Shown here piece by piece: positions 37,967 through 46,800 of a stretch of DNA of 64,000 bases. The DNA comes from an uncultured Sneathiellales bacterium (GTDB lineage: Bacteria > Pseudomonadota > Alphaproteobacteria > CAYFNG01), in the NCBI GenBank assembly GCA_964344385.1, contig CAYFNG010000005.1:23583-87582 (forward strand), read 5' to 3'. Each line of letters begins with the position of its first letter. Positions within the stretch are counted from its first letter, which is position 1. A model generated the notes under the pieces. It had not been told where the DNA came from and made no database searches. It saw only the letters and a list, made by a program, of their open reading frames with translations. The translations under genes were made by a program, and so were the position numbers.

Positions 37967-38958
37967 CACAAGGACCCGTGTGCCGGACGGGACGAGCCAT
38001 ACCAAATCTTCGGTCGCTGCCCGAGCTGCCGGTCCCATTTCACCTGTTCCCCGACCACCCTTGGATCAATTGGCCGTTATGCCAATTGGCCGAAGCGGAG
38101 ATGCGGCGGATTATGCCGCCGGCTGGAAACATAACGCGCTGCATGACACGATCACGGCCCGCGCCCTGGTCTCAAGCATGAACCGAATCGTCAGTGGCGC
38201 CGGCAACCAAGGCTACTTTGCCTGGGGCAACGACACCGGCATCCGCGGCGAACCACCTGAGACCGTGCCGCCGCCTTGACTGAACTCGTTTTAGGTGTGT
38301 TTCTTTAATTTTTGTTAATCTATGTCAAAGACGCCGGATCCGCGTTTCCGATAATTGTTAACCATATTCGACGGGCATGGCGTCCCCGAATACTTGGCGG
38401 GGCCAACCCGTTGCACATGGGCATCGTGAGACACGCCGGAAAATCATGGTGATTTGCTAAGTCGCCTTGGTCAATTGTATTTTCTACCGTCTGAATGGGT
38501 GAAATTTGTGATGAATTTGGAACAGTAGCGGAAATTCGGCACACCGGGAGAGATTACATATTGCTTGCAGCTACGTAGTTTGGTTTAGTGAAACTGAGCT
38601 TGAAAAACGTCAGGCCAGAATAGTTAAATATAGTTAACGCACAACTTGCCGTTTATCTTAAATTTTGGCCGGTGTGCAATAAAGGCAGTAGTAGAAACAA
38701 TAAAAACAAGGCTCGACCGGCCCTGCACAGCATCCGAATCGGTTGTTAAGAGGGCGTTTTAGGTTCGCAGCCGGACGGTGACAAAGTCTATTGGTCACTG
38801 CACTTTTGGCGTGAGGCGGCAGGGGACGCTGACAGCAGTCGGGACGGCTCCCGTGGTACCTAACTGGGTCAGAAGGGCAGGATATTGATTACACAAGGCA
38901 TTAGAATCACCGTCACAGTCGGCACCGGCATCCGGGCGCCATTTGCTCCGGGCAACGG

Positions 38959-40185
38959 TTGACCATGGACGCATACACGGATACGACCGGCCGAAGTGAA
39001 AACCCGGCTGGCACCACGCGTGCCCGGCTTCGCCAATTGGGTGTCGATGAACTCTCGGAGTTGATGCTTGAGGTCGTCGGCGACAATATCGACGCCATCG
39101 ACCGGCTGCAGCAAGCGGTGCAGAAACGCGAGGGCGCCCCGGAACCGTCCCCGGTGCAGGAACCGGAAAGCGAGCAGTTCATGGTTGGCAGCAGCCCAGC
39201 CATGCGGCGCGTGTTCGACCGCATCCGACGGTTCGGTGCCACCGACGCGCCGGTTCTGGTATTGGGGGAGAGTGGCACCGGCAAGGAACTGGCCGCCCGG
39301 GCGATCCATGAGCGGTCCCGGCAAGCGAACGCACCCTTCGTTGCCATCAACTGCGCCGGCCTGCCGTCCAGCCTGATCGCATCGGAGTTGTTCGGGCACG
39401 AAAAGGGCGCGTTTACCGGCGCGACCCAGCGGCGCATCGGCCGAATCGAAGCGGCCGCCGGCGGCACCGTGCTGTTGGACGAGATCGGCGACATCCCGAT
39501 AGAACTGCAACCGTATCTTTTGCGATTTCTCGAGGAAAAAACGATCGACCGGGTTGGCGGCACCCATCCGATCGAGGTCGACGTCCGGGTCGTCGCCGCC
39601 ACCAATACCGACCTCAAAGTGGCGATCGAGGAAGGCAGATTCCGCGAAGATTTGTTTTATCGCCTGAACGTCCTGACCCTGGAGCTGCCGGCGCTTCGGG
39701 AACGCAGCGACGATATCTCTTTAATTAGCCGATTTTTTCTTGAGAAATTTGCCCGCGAAATGGGGCGGGAAGACTGCCGGTTTTCCGACAGCGCCATGGC
39801 GGCGATTCGCAGCCATGTCTGGCCGGGCAATGTCCGTGAACTGATCAGCCGGGTTCGCCAAGGCGTGGTGATGAGCGAGGATGGTTGCCTGACCGTCGAG
39901 GACCTTGGCCTGCCGCAGTCCGTGGCACCGATCGAGAGCGTATCGGGCAGCGACGACCTGGACAGCCTGATCGCCCAGGTGGGAACGTCGCACCTGCTTC
40001 CCATCCTCGACCAGGCCCGCTACCAGCTGGAAGGCAAATTACTTCGGCGGGCCCTGGACCAAAACAACGAGAACGTCAAGAAAGCAGCGCAGGATTTGGG
40101 GGTGTCGCGGGTCACCCTGTACCGGCTGATGGAAAAGCACGGAATCCAGCGCACCAAAACCGTTCGGGCAGCCACAACACGATAG
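38959..40185 (+). CDS. Sigma54-dependent transcriptional activator (bEBP) with a short N-terminal domain and Fis-type HTH
   Basis: AAA+ sigma54 domain: Walker [45 protein letters not shown]-terminal [27 protein letters not shown]. Preceded by a 680-bp AT-rich non-coding region. Confidence 0.9.
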   Translation: MTMDAYTDTTGRSENPAGTTRARLRQLGVDELSELMLEVVGDNIDAIDRLQQAVQKREGAPEPSPVQEPESEQFMVGSSPAMRRVFDRIRRFGATDAPVLVLGESGTGKELAARAIHERSRQANAPFVAINCAGLPSSLIASELFGHEKGAFTGATQRRIGRIEAAAGGTVLLDEIGDIPIELQPYLLRFLEEKTIDRVGGTHPIEVDVRVVAATNTDLKVAIEEGRFREDLFYRLNVLTLELPALRERSDDISLISRFFLEKFAREMGREDCRFSDSAMAAIRSHVWPGNVRELISRVRQGVVMSEDGCLTVEDLGLPQSVAPIESVSGSDDLDSLIAQVGTSHLLPILDQARYQLEGKLLRRALDQNNENVKKAAQDLGVSRVTLYRLMEKHGIQRTKTVRAATTR

Positions 40186-40484
40186 AAAGGCCGAAGCCCA
40201 ATCACAGGATGGGATCAATCCAGGAGACCCCAAACATATCCGAGATCAGTTGCACCGCCCGAACGTAAGCCGCGAATAAGGTTGCGGATCGGGATTCGAA
40301 ACGCGAAACTACGCGCCTCTACGCGTAGCTTGCGCTTTCGTATGTTGATCCGGTTGTTGCAGGTGTCGGGCTCGCCTGCAGGGGACATTTGACCGGACCC
40401 GGTTTCCGTATTTCGGTCATGGTCAGAATCCACAGCAATTCTCGATCAAGGCGGGAGACAGCCGCCGTAAATAAGGAGGCGAAA

Positions 40485-41777
40485 TTGAAGCTCAGTCGAG
40501 GGAATGGATGCACGGTGGCGGGCGCCGCCTTGGTCCTGGCGGCAACGGCCGCCATTCCACCTGGAAAAGCCGGCGACCTTTCCAACAGCCAGTTGGAATT
40601 GGACCGGCTGCGCCAGGAAATTGCCGCCGAACGCCAGCAACTGGCCGATCAGCAACAGGCGCTGGAGCGACAGTACGAGGCGCTGCAGAATCAACGTGAC
40701 CGACTCGAAGCGCTGGAAGCCCAACTTGATGGCGTCGGTGGTCCGCGGATTGAACGGGCCGGCTATCGGGTGCCGTCCACGACACGGGATCGCATGCGGG
40801 ACGGCGGCAGGCGGACGCAGGTGCAGACCACACCGCAGGCCGGCGAAGCGCCGTCCGAAGAGCGGCCCCGGGTCCAGGCGCTGGTGGAATCCGGCGGCGT
40901 GTTGCTGCCCCAGGGTAATTTCGTCCTGGAACCGTCGTTCGAATATGTGCGAAGCGACGTCAACCGGGCGGAGATCGTCGGCTTCACGGTGCTGCCCGGC
41001 ATTGTCGTCGGCAACATTTCCGTGGTCGAGGCCAACCGTAACACCTATGTCGCTGCTTTGACCGGCCGGTACGGCGTCACCGACCGGCTGGAGATCGAGG
41101 CCAAGGTACCCTATGTGATGCGCGATGATAGCACGACGACCCGTGAGATCGGGCAGGGCGCATCGGCAGACGTTGTCACCAGTGCCGACGGCAACGATGT
41201 CGGCGACATCGAAGCCGCGATCCACTACCAGCTGAATCAGCCTTCCGCCGGCAAGCCCTATTTCGTCGGCAATCTGCGTGTCAAATCCCGCACCGGCACC
41301 GACCCGTTCGAGGTGCCGCGCGACGCGACCACCAATGCCGAACTTGAGTTGCCAACCGGCACCGGTTTTTGGGCAATCGAACCAAGCGTGACCGCCATCC
41401 TGCCGTCGGACCCGGCGGTGCTTTACGGCAATCTCAGCTATCTGTGGAACATGGAGCGCAACATCGGCGGCCAGTTCGGCAAGATCGACCCCGGCGATGC
41501 CATTGGCCTGAATATGGGTTTGGGTATCGGGTTGAACGAAGACCTGTCCTTGAGCCTTGGGTACGATCACAAAGTGGTCGGCAAAACCACGCAGAACGGC
41601 CAACGCTTGACCGGATCGGACACCCTGCATGTCGGCAAGATGCTGTTGGGCAGCACCTATCGGATGTCGGATTCCACGTCGCTGAACCTGTCCTTCGGTA
41701 TCGGCGTCACCGACGATGCCCCGGACTTCGATTTTGTCGTGCGCTGGCCGATCACGTTCGGCGATCCGGACGACTAG
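40485..41777 (+). CDS. Outer-membrane protein with N-terminal coiled coil and C-terminal beta-barrel (FapF-like architecture)
   Basis: Probable TTG start 5 nt after AAGGAGG. Signal peptide (AGAALVLAATAA). Heptad coiled coil QLELDRLRQEIAAERQQLADQQQALERQYEALQNQRDRLEALEAQL. Pro/Gly linker. ~290 aa of alternating beta strands ending …FVVRWPITF. Confidence 0.7.
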   Translation: MKLSRGNGCTVAGAALVLAATAAIPPGKAGDLSNSQLELDRLRQEIAAERQQLADQQQALERQYEALQNQRDRLEALEAQLDGVGGPRIERAGYRVPSTTRDRMRDGGRRTQVQTTPQAGEAPSEERPRVQALVESGGVLLPQGNFVLEPSFEYVRSDVNRAEIVGFTVLPGIVVGNISVVEANRNTYVAALTGRYGVTDRLEIEAKVPYVMRDDSTTTREIGQGASADVVTSADGNDVGDIEAAIHYQLNQPSAGKPYFVGNLRVKSRTGTDPFEVPRDATTNAELELPTGTGFWAIEPSVTAILPSDPAVLYGNLSYLWNMERNIGGQFGKIDPGDAIGLNMGLGIGLNEDLSLSLGYDHKVVGKTTQNGQRLTGSDTLHVGKMLLGSTYRMSDSTSLNLSFGIGVTDDAPDFDFVVRWPITFGDPDD

Positions 41778-42010
41778 GATCGCGCCGGCCAGCCTGGGGA
41801 AAGGGGTCGGCCCATTCCCATCGGCCGGAGGAGGATTCTCCTGGGTTGGCTCAGGTGAAGTGCAAGGAAGGGGCTGCCACCAGGCAGCCCCTTTTCTCAC
41901 CGATCTTCAGGGTGACCCGCGGGCCGCATCGCAATTCGACGGCGGCGGTTGCCGAGGGATAGGCTGCCGTCGTCGAACGGGTCGCCGGGACCGGCAAGAA
42001 CGGCGGACAT

Positions 42011-42568
42011 TCAGAAACCAAGCGTCAGTTGGTAGCTCAGATTGTTGATCGTGGTGGCCAACCGGGAACTGATCACCGCGGTATTGAAGGTATCGACGGT
42101 GATCTTGCTGATGTTCTGAATATTTACATTGTCCCGAGTGTTCTGGACCAAGGTCAGGACACCGCTGAAGTCGTCAAAACTGACTGCCGAGTTTCCGTCG
42201 CCCACCTGGGTCACTTGGGTGACGCCATGGTCGGTGATTTCCACGCCCGGCGGCGGCGTGCCACGGGTCAGGTCTTCGGACGTGAAACTGTAACGGACCC
42301 GGTCTTCGCCGTTGATCCGCCTGAGGATCTCGACGCCGAAACGGAAACGGAAGCCGCCGCGGGTGAAGCCGCCGCGCATATTGTCCAGTTCCTGGTCGCC
42401 GACCTTGGCCATCCCGGCGAAGGGATTGTCGCTCGATGCCAAAGCGGCAGCGGCCGGATTGCCGACTGCGGAGAAACCCAACAGGAGCAGCGCGACAACC
42501 AGGCCCGCCAGTCCGTTGGTCGATAGTTTGTTCCAGCTTGTCATTGTCATTATCCCCCTCCCAGCCAA
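42011..42568 (-). CDS. Secreted curlin-repeat protein (minor amyloid subunit, FapE/CsgB-like role)
   Basis: Signal peptide. Canonical curlin motif TQVTQVGDGNSAVSF (Q-x-G-x-G-N-x-A). Gln/Asn/Thr-rich C-terminus ending in F. Confidence 0.65.
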   Translation of the reverse strand: MAGRGIMTMTSWNKLSTNGLAGLVVALLLLGFSAVGNPAAAALASSDNPFAGMAKVGDQELDNMRGGFTRGGFRFRFGVEILRRINGEDRVRYSFTSEDLTRGTPPPGVEITDHGVTQVTQVGDGNSAVSFDDFSGVLTLVQNTRDNVNIQNISKITVDTFNTAVISSRLATTINNLSYQLTLGF

Positions 42569-42572
42569 ACGT

Positions 42573-43268
42573 CTAGAAGTCGCCGGTGCCCGGCAGCAAC
42601 ATGGTGAATGTCGCCAGGCCCTGACGGCTAAGTGCGGAACCGAATGGTGCCTTCTGGCGAACCAGCCAGTCCTCTTTCTGGTTGAAATGGGTCTTGGCCA
42701 GCGGAATATTCTGGGTTACGACGAACAGGATGCCGTTCCACATCGCTTCGAATTCAGCCCGGTTATAGGTCTTGGTGCCCAAGGCAGGGTCACCGACCAG
42801 GATTTCATCGTCGCTCAAACCCTTGACGACGACGAAGTGACGGTAGCCGCGAGTGGTGATCAGGGTAATCGCGGGAATGCCCACCTCCAGCAGCTTGTCC
42901 AACGGTGCCCGGAAACCGTCCGACTGGATATTGCGGCGGTTCAGGTACTGTTTCATATCCAGAAGCGAGAACCCTTCCTTGCGGATTTTCGTCTGGTCGC
43001 CGGTTTGGTACATATCCTTGAAGACGGCCTGTTCGGTGACCGGGCTGTCATAGTGATGCGACAGCAAGGTCGCGATCGCCGCCGAGCCGCAACTGAAATC
43101 ATAGGCCTGCTTCACCACGTTGCGAAACCGCGCTTCCTTAAGGCTGACGATCGGCAGCGAGAAATCCCCGCCGACCCCAAACACCGGAAGTGACGCGGCA
43201 CCCGCGTCCCGGCCTTGCAGGCCGAAAAGCAGGAAACCCACCAATATCACGTTGAGGAACGGTCGCAT
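42573..43268 (-). CDS. Periplasmic peptidase C39-like cysteine protease (FapD-like)
   Basis: Signal peptide. Catalytic Cys in FSCGSAAIATLLSHHY, catalytic His in GYRHFVVVKG, and a downstream Asp (LVGDPALG). No ABC-transporter domain. Confidence 0.85.
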   Translation of the reverse strand: MRPFLNVILVGFLLFGLQGRDAGAASLPVFGVGGDFSLPIVSLKEARFRNVVKQAYDFSCGSAAIATLLSHHYDSPVTEQAVFKDMYQTGDQTKIRKEGFSLLDMKQYLNRRNIQSDGFRAPLDKLLEVGIPAITLITTRGYRHFVVVKGLSDDEILVGDPALGTKTYNRAEFEAMWNGILFVVTQNIPLAKTHFNQKEDWLVRQKAPFGSALSRQGLATFTMLLPGTGDF

Positions 43269-43326
43269 CTTTACCTCTCCGGGGTGATCGACCGGGACGG
43301 TTTGGCCGTCCCGGCCTCCAGCCTCG

Positions 43327-43692
43327 TTAGTGGTGGTTGATGGTCACGATCGTCGCGGTTTGAATGACGACGTTGTTGCCCGAGTTCTGGATCACCGTGG
43401 CAATGCCCGAGGCGCCGGAAAACGCGGCATCGACAATGGTGTTGGAACGTGTGGATCCATTGTCGATTGCCGTATTGTCGTGGTGATCGCTGTCGAACAT
43501 GTGATCGAAATCGAAATCGTCCGAGCCACCGCGAACGGTGGCCAGATCGCTCAAGGCCACCTTCTGTCCGGCACCGACCAGGGCATCCAATCCCGATTCG
43601 CTGGACAACTCGCCGCCAAAGGCTGCGCCGCCAAACCCCATGACTGCCAACAGAACGAACGGTCCCATTCGGGTTATGTAGGTCGTTCTCAT
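43327..43692 (-). CDS. Small secreted curlin-repeat protein (nucleator-like, CsgB/FapB analogue)
   Basis: Signal peptide, then a single repeat …SGASGIATVIQNSGNNVVIQTATIV… resembling the repeat core of the adjacent giant protein. Confidence 0.6.
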   Translation of the reverse strand: MRTTYITRMGPFVLLAVMGFGGAAFGGELSSESGLDALVGAGQKVALSDLATVRGGSDDFDFDHMFDSDHHDNTAIDNGSTRSNTIVDAAFSGASGIATVIQNSGNNVVIQTATIVTINHH

Positions 43693-43736
43693 CGCATCCT
43701 CGCTTCCAACTCAGCTTCGCGCTGGGTTAGGAAAAG

Positions 43737-43768
43737 GCGGCTGGCGGAGGTGTGGTTCCGCCAGCCGC
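43737..43768 (-). terminator. Intra-operon hairpin (12-bp perfect stem GCGGCTGGCGGA/TCCGCCAGCCGC) right after the giant repeat-protein gene, followed by CUUUUCC
   Basis: Located in the 85-bp gap between the major-subunit gene stop (43778) and the next gene. Typical differential-expression attenuator of fimbrial or amyloid operons. Confidence 0.55.
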
Positions 43769-43777
43769 GTCGGGGTA

Positions 43778-45757
43778 TCAGTAGTTGGCAACAACGCTGA
43801 TTGCCGACTGGATGGCGTTGTTGTTCCCGTTGTTTTGCTGGACGACCATCACACCCGCGGCACCCATGAAGGAGCCCGAGACCGTGTTCAGGAAGCCCGG
43901 CGCACCGACCGTCGGCTCGACGATCGACGTGTTCCCGGAAACCGTAGCGCCCAGTGCGGCCATCGAACTTGCCGGCCCGAACCCGAGGCCGCCGCCGCCG
44001 CTGTCATCGACGATGACCGCATTGGCCGAACCCATGACGTTGTTGTCGCCATTGTTCTGCTGCAGGGTCATGATGCCCGCGGCACCGTTGAACGCACCGC
44101 CTGACACACTGTTGGTGCGATCGACGAATTCGGTCGCGATCGCCCAGTTCTCGGTCACTTCAGCGTTGCCATAAGCGGCGTTCGATGCCCGGTTGGCGGT
44201 ATGGTCAGCGCTGCCGAGATTGGCAACCACCGCGTTGGCCGCCTGGATGACGTTTTGGCTGCCATTATTCTGCTGCACCGTCAGCACCCCGGCGGCATTG
44301 CCGAAGGAATTGGTCACGGTGTTGCCGCGGTTGGAGGCCCAGTCGCGGGTTTCAACGCCCGACACCATGCCTTCATTCGATGCCGTGGACCAGTTGACCA
44401 CATCCGTGTTCTCGTGGCTGCCCACATTGGCGACCACCGCGGTGGCGGCGCCCATCATGTTGTTGTCGCCATTGTTCTGCTGGACCGTGGCGATGCCTTC
44501 ATAGCCGTTGAACGACGGGTTGATCAGGTTGCTGCGATCCAGGTCGTCGCCAGCAGCCGACATCTCGGTCGACATCGTCGTGCCTTCGATGCTGCCATAG
44601 TTACTGGCCGACTGGGTCCGAACCCGTTCAAAATCGCCGTCGATAATGCCGGTCGTATCGATATTGGCATTCACCGCCGTCGCACCGGCCATCACGTTGT
44701 TGCTGCCGTTGTTCTGCTGCACGGTGGCGATGCCGGCGGCGCCATTGAACGAATTGGTCACCGCGTTGTCGCGGTCGCCCCAGGCTTCCTGCCGAACGTC
44801 GAGTCCCCGCAGAAGGCCCCGGTTGCCGGCCGAAGTGTCGGCATCCTGGTCCACCGTGCTGGGTGCCGGAAGGTTGGCGTTGCCCAGATTGCCGACCACA
44901 CCGGTCGCCGCCGACAGGACATTGCCGTCGCCATTGTTCTGTTGAACCGTGGCTACACCGCTATAGCCGTCGAACGAGCTGTCGATGGTGTTGTCACGTG
45001 ACTGGCTGCGGTCGACGATGGCCTGATTCCCCACCGAACCACCGGCTGAAACCGACTGCCCCACTCGTCCGGCACCCATGTTCATGAACACCGCCGTGGC
45101 CGCCGACATCGCATTGCCGTTGCCGTTGTTCTGCTGCACCGTGGCGACACCGCCCGCGTTGTTGAACGACGGGTTGATCAGGTTGCTGCGGGCGCTTTCC
45201 TCATCGACCAGGAAACGGCTGTCGTCGCCGCGCTGGGCTGAGGTGTTGCCTTCGGCGCTGACCGACTGGCTGGCGTTGCCGCGGCCGCCGGTTCCGGTGT
45301 GGACCGCCGTGGCGGCACCGATTTCGTTGTGGTCGCCGTTGTTCTGCTGAACGGTGGCCACACCGAAATAGTCTTCGAAGCTGTTGAGGATTTCATTGTC
45401 GCGGGTGCCGCCCACATTGACCGTCTCGTTGTCAAATGTGTTCGAATATACGGCCGCGCCGCCGCCAATATTCTGGTTGTTGGCGATATTGGCGTGGGCC
45501 GCCGTGGCCGCGCCAATCGAGTTGTTGCTGCCGTTGTTCTGCTGCGCGTGGGTGATCCCGGCCGCGCCGTTATAGGCACCATTGTTTATGGTATTCAACC
45601 GCGTGCTGCCGTAGTCGGCGGCATAGTTGCCGGAAACGGTTTCGTCTTCGGCACCGACAGAAGCATCGGCGATCGGTTCATCGGCCCAAGCCTGCGTCGC
45701 AGTCCCAACCGTCAATGCGATGGCCGAGGCACCCATTAAAAGGAGACTTTTCCTCAT
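43778..45757 (-). CDS. Giant secreted curlin-repeat protein (660 aa; 9 tandem ~70-aa repeats with core SF-G-AGxATVQQNNG-x-N-x-AATAV). Putative major amyloid subunit
   Basis: ATG 45757 after AGGAGA. Signal peptide MRKSLLLMGASAIALTVGTATQAWA. Nine QQNNG(D/S/N)xN cores. Ser/Asn/Gly/Ala/Thr-rich low-complexity sequence ending in Y. Confidence 0.85.
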   Translation of the reverse strand: MRKSLLLMGASAIALTVGTATQAWADEPIADASVGAEDETVSGNYAADYGSTRLNTINNGAYNGAAGITHAQQNNGSNNSIGAATAAHANIANNQNIGGGAAVYSNTFDNETVNVGGTRDNEILNSFEDYFGVATVQQNNGDHNEIGAATAVHTGTGGRGNASQSVSAEGNTSAQRGDDSRFLVDEESARSNLINPSFNNAGGVATVQQNNGNGNAMSAATAVFMNMGAGRVGQSVSAGGSVGNQAIVDRSQSRDNTIDSSFDGYSGVATVQQNNGDGNVLSAATGVVGNLGNANLPAPSTVDQDADTSAGNRGLLRGLDVRQEAWGDRDNAVTNSFNGAAGIATVQQNNGSNNVMAGATAVNANIDTTGIIDGDFERVRTQSASNYGSIEGTTMSTEMSAAGDDLDRSNLINPSFNGYEGIATVQQNNGDNNMMGAATAVVANVGSHENTDVVNWSTASNEGMVSGVETRDWASNRGNTVTNSFGNAAGVLTVQQNNGSQNVIQAANAVVANLGSADHTANRASNAAYGNAEVTENWAIATEFVDRTNSVSGGAFNGAAGIMTLQQNNGDNNVMGSANAVIVDDSGGGGLGFGPASSMAALGATVSGNTSIVEPTVGAPGFLNTVSGSFMGAAGVMVVQQNNGNNNAIQSAISVVANY

Positions 45758-45902
45758 CGTGTTTCTCCTAGTGACCTTAACGTTTGTCAACTGGGCGTCT
45801 CCTCGGCTGGAGGGTCGGCCCCCGAGAGCGTCGACACTCGCCCCTATCGCACCTGGTTTCAGCGGATCGGGCGCATGTGTAGCGGCGCTCGCCCACCTAC
45901 CT

Positions 45903-45918
45903 AGCAAAGCTTATGCCA
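45903..45918 (-). promoter_or_regulatory. Sigma54 promoter (minus strand TGGCAT-aagct-TTGCT) for the curlin-repeat operon
   Basis: Exact -24/-12 spacing (GG and GC 10 nt apart). ~135 nt upstream of ATG 45757, in an AT-rich leader. A sigma54 activator gene is 6 kb away in the same cluster. Confidence 0.7.
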
Positions 45919-46233
45919 TTTGGTCTATTTTTGATAAGTAATTGTTTTTATTTATGTTTATTGCGCCTGGAATCAACGCAGCAAGATATATGTAAATGTC
46001 TTGTAACTAATGGTTAAGGCTACCGAGCCGGATATTTACCTAAAATTAGCTATAAACGGACGTTTTCTGCGAACGATTCGCAATTAGGCGGGGTTGACAG
46101 TGTTACAGCAACGTTACACTCAAGGGTGAGCCCCCGCTTTCCCGGTATCGATCTGTTAACCATGCCGACAATCGGCACAAAAAGGCCGTCGCGCGGGTTC
46201 TGCGCGACGGCAGGAAAACCGGAAGTCTGGTGT

Positions 46234-46572
46234 TTATTGGCGGCCCGAAATCGAACTGGAAATCTGATTCGATCCGATATTCCGCGGCAATGTCTGACCA
46301 GCCGGTTGCGGCGGCTTGAATTCGTCCCACAGGATGACGGCCACACCCGTCTCGTTGCCGGAAGCGCCCGGCGCACCGAGGTTTTCGCCTGCCCGCTGGC
46401 GCGAGAGCTCGTCCATGGCAACCGCTTGGCCACCAAGCGGGGAGATCTGGGCGCTGGCCAAGTGCAATAGTCGATCTTCGGCCGCGACCGGGCCGGAAAG
46501 CATGGCCAGACCAGACAGCGCCAGCACTGCTGTCGCGGCCTTGAGGCAGGGTCGAAGAATTCGCTTCACCAT
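46234..46572 (-). CDS. Small secreted protein (112 aa, signal peptide), candidate accessory component of the amyloid locus
   Basis: Signal peptide LALSGLAMLSGPVAA. Preceded by its own sigma54-type promoter. Confidence 0.5.
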   Translation of the reverse strand: MVKRILRPCLKAATAVLALSGLAMLSGPVAAEDRLLHLASAQISPLGGQAVAMDELSRQRAGENLGAPGASGNETGVAVILWDEFKPPQPAGQTLPRNIGSNQISSSISGRQ

Positions 46573-46637
46573 AGCGAACGTCCCACATTCGTTCCTTTAC
46601 ATCGGCCGCCGGGATCGCCGCGACCACCCCATATTAT

Positions 46638-46653
46638 GGCAAACTTCATGCCA
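46638..46653 (-). promoter_or_regulatory. Second sigma54 promoter (minus strand TGGCAT-gaagt-TTGCC), upstream of the 112-aa secreted protein gene
   Basis: Same TGGCAT -24 element and exact spacing as the promoter at 45903-45918. ~55 nt upstream of ATG 46572. Confidence 0.6.
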
Positions 46654-46800
46654 AATTTTAACCCATACGAGAGATTTGCGCCCTTTCGCAGTTTCCGGCC
46701 GATTCAAGCAGGCCGGACCCGATCCGGAGTGCTCGGGCAGCGTAACCCGCGGTTTACACCCACCGATCGCACCGTCGGCCGGGCCGTTTGGTTCGTTCGG

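Noticed and set aside
40186-40484. Sigma54 promoter upstream of the FapF-like OMP gene
   Set aside because: No TGGCAC-N5-TTGC-like match with correct spacing was found in the 300-bp leader. The OMP gene may use another promoter.
43778-45757. Regularly spaced DNA repeats that could be mistaken for a CRISPR array or VNTR
   Set aside because: The periodicity (~200 bp) comes from in-frame protein repeats inside one long ORF with a signal peptide and RBS. No short direct repeats with unique spacers and no cas genes.
38959-46600. Searched the amyloid-like cluster for CsgG, CsgE, CsgF or CsgC homologues (a classical curli system)
   Set aside because: No ORF matches the size or motifs of CsgG (~280-aa lipoprotein) or CsgE/F. 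The only OMP has a FapF-like coiled-coil plus barrel layout, so the locus is not a canonical csg operon.
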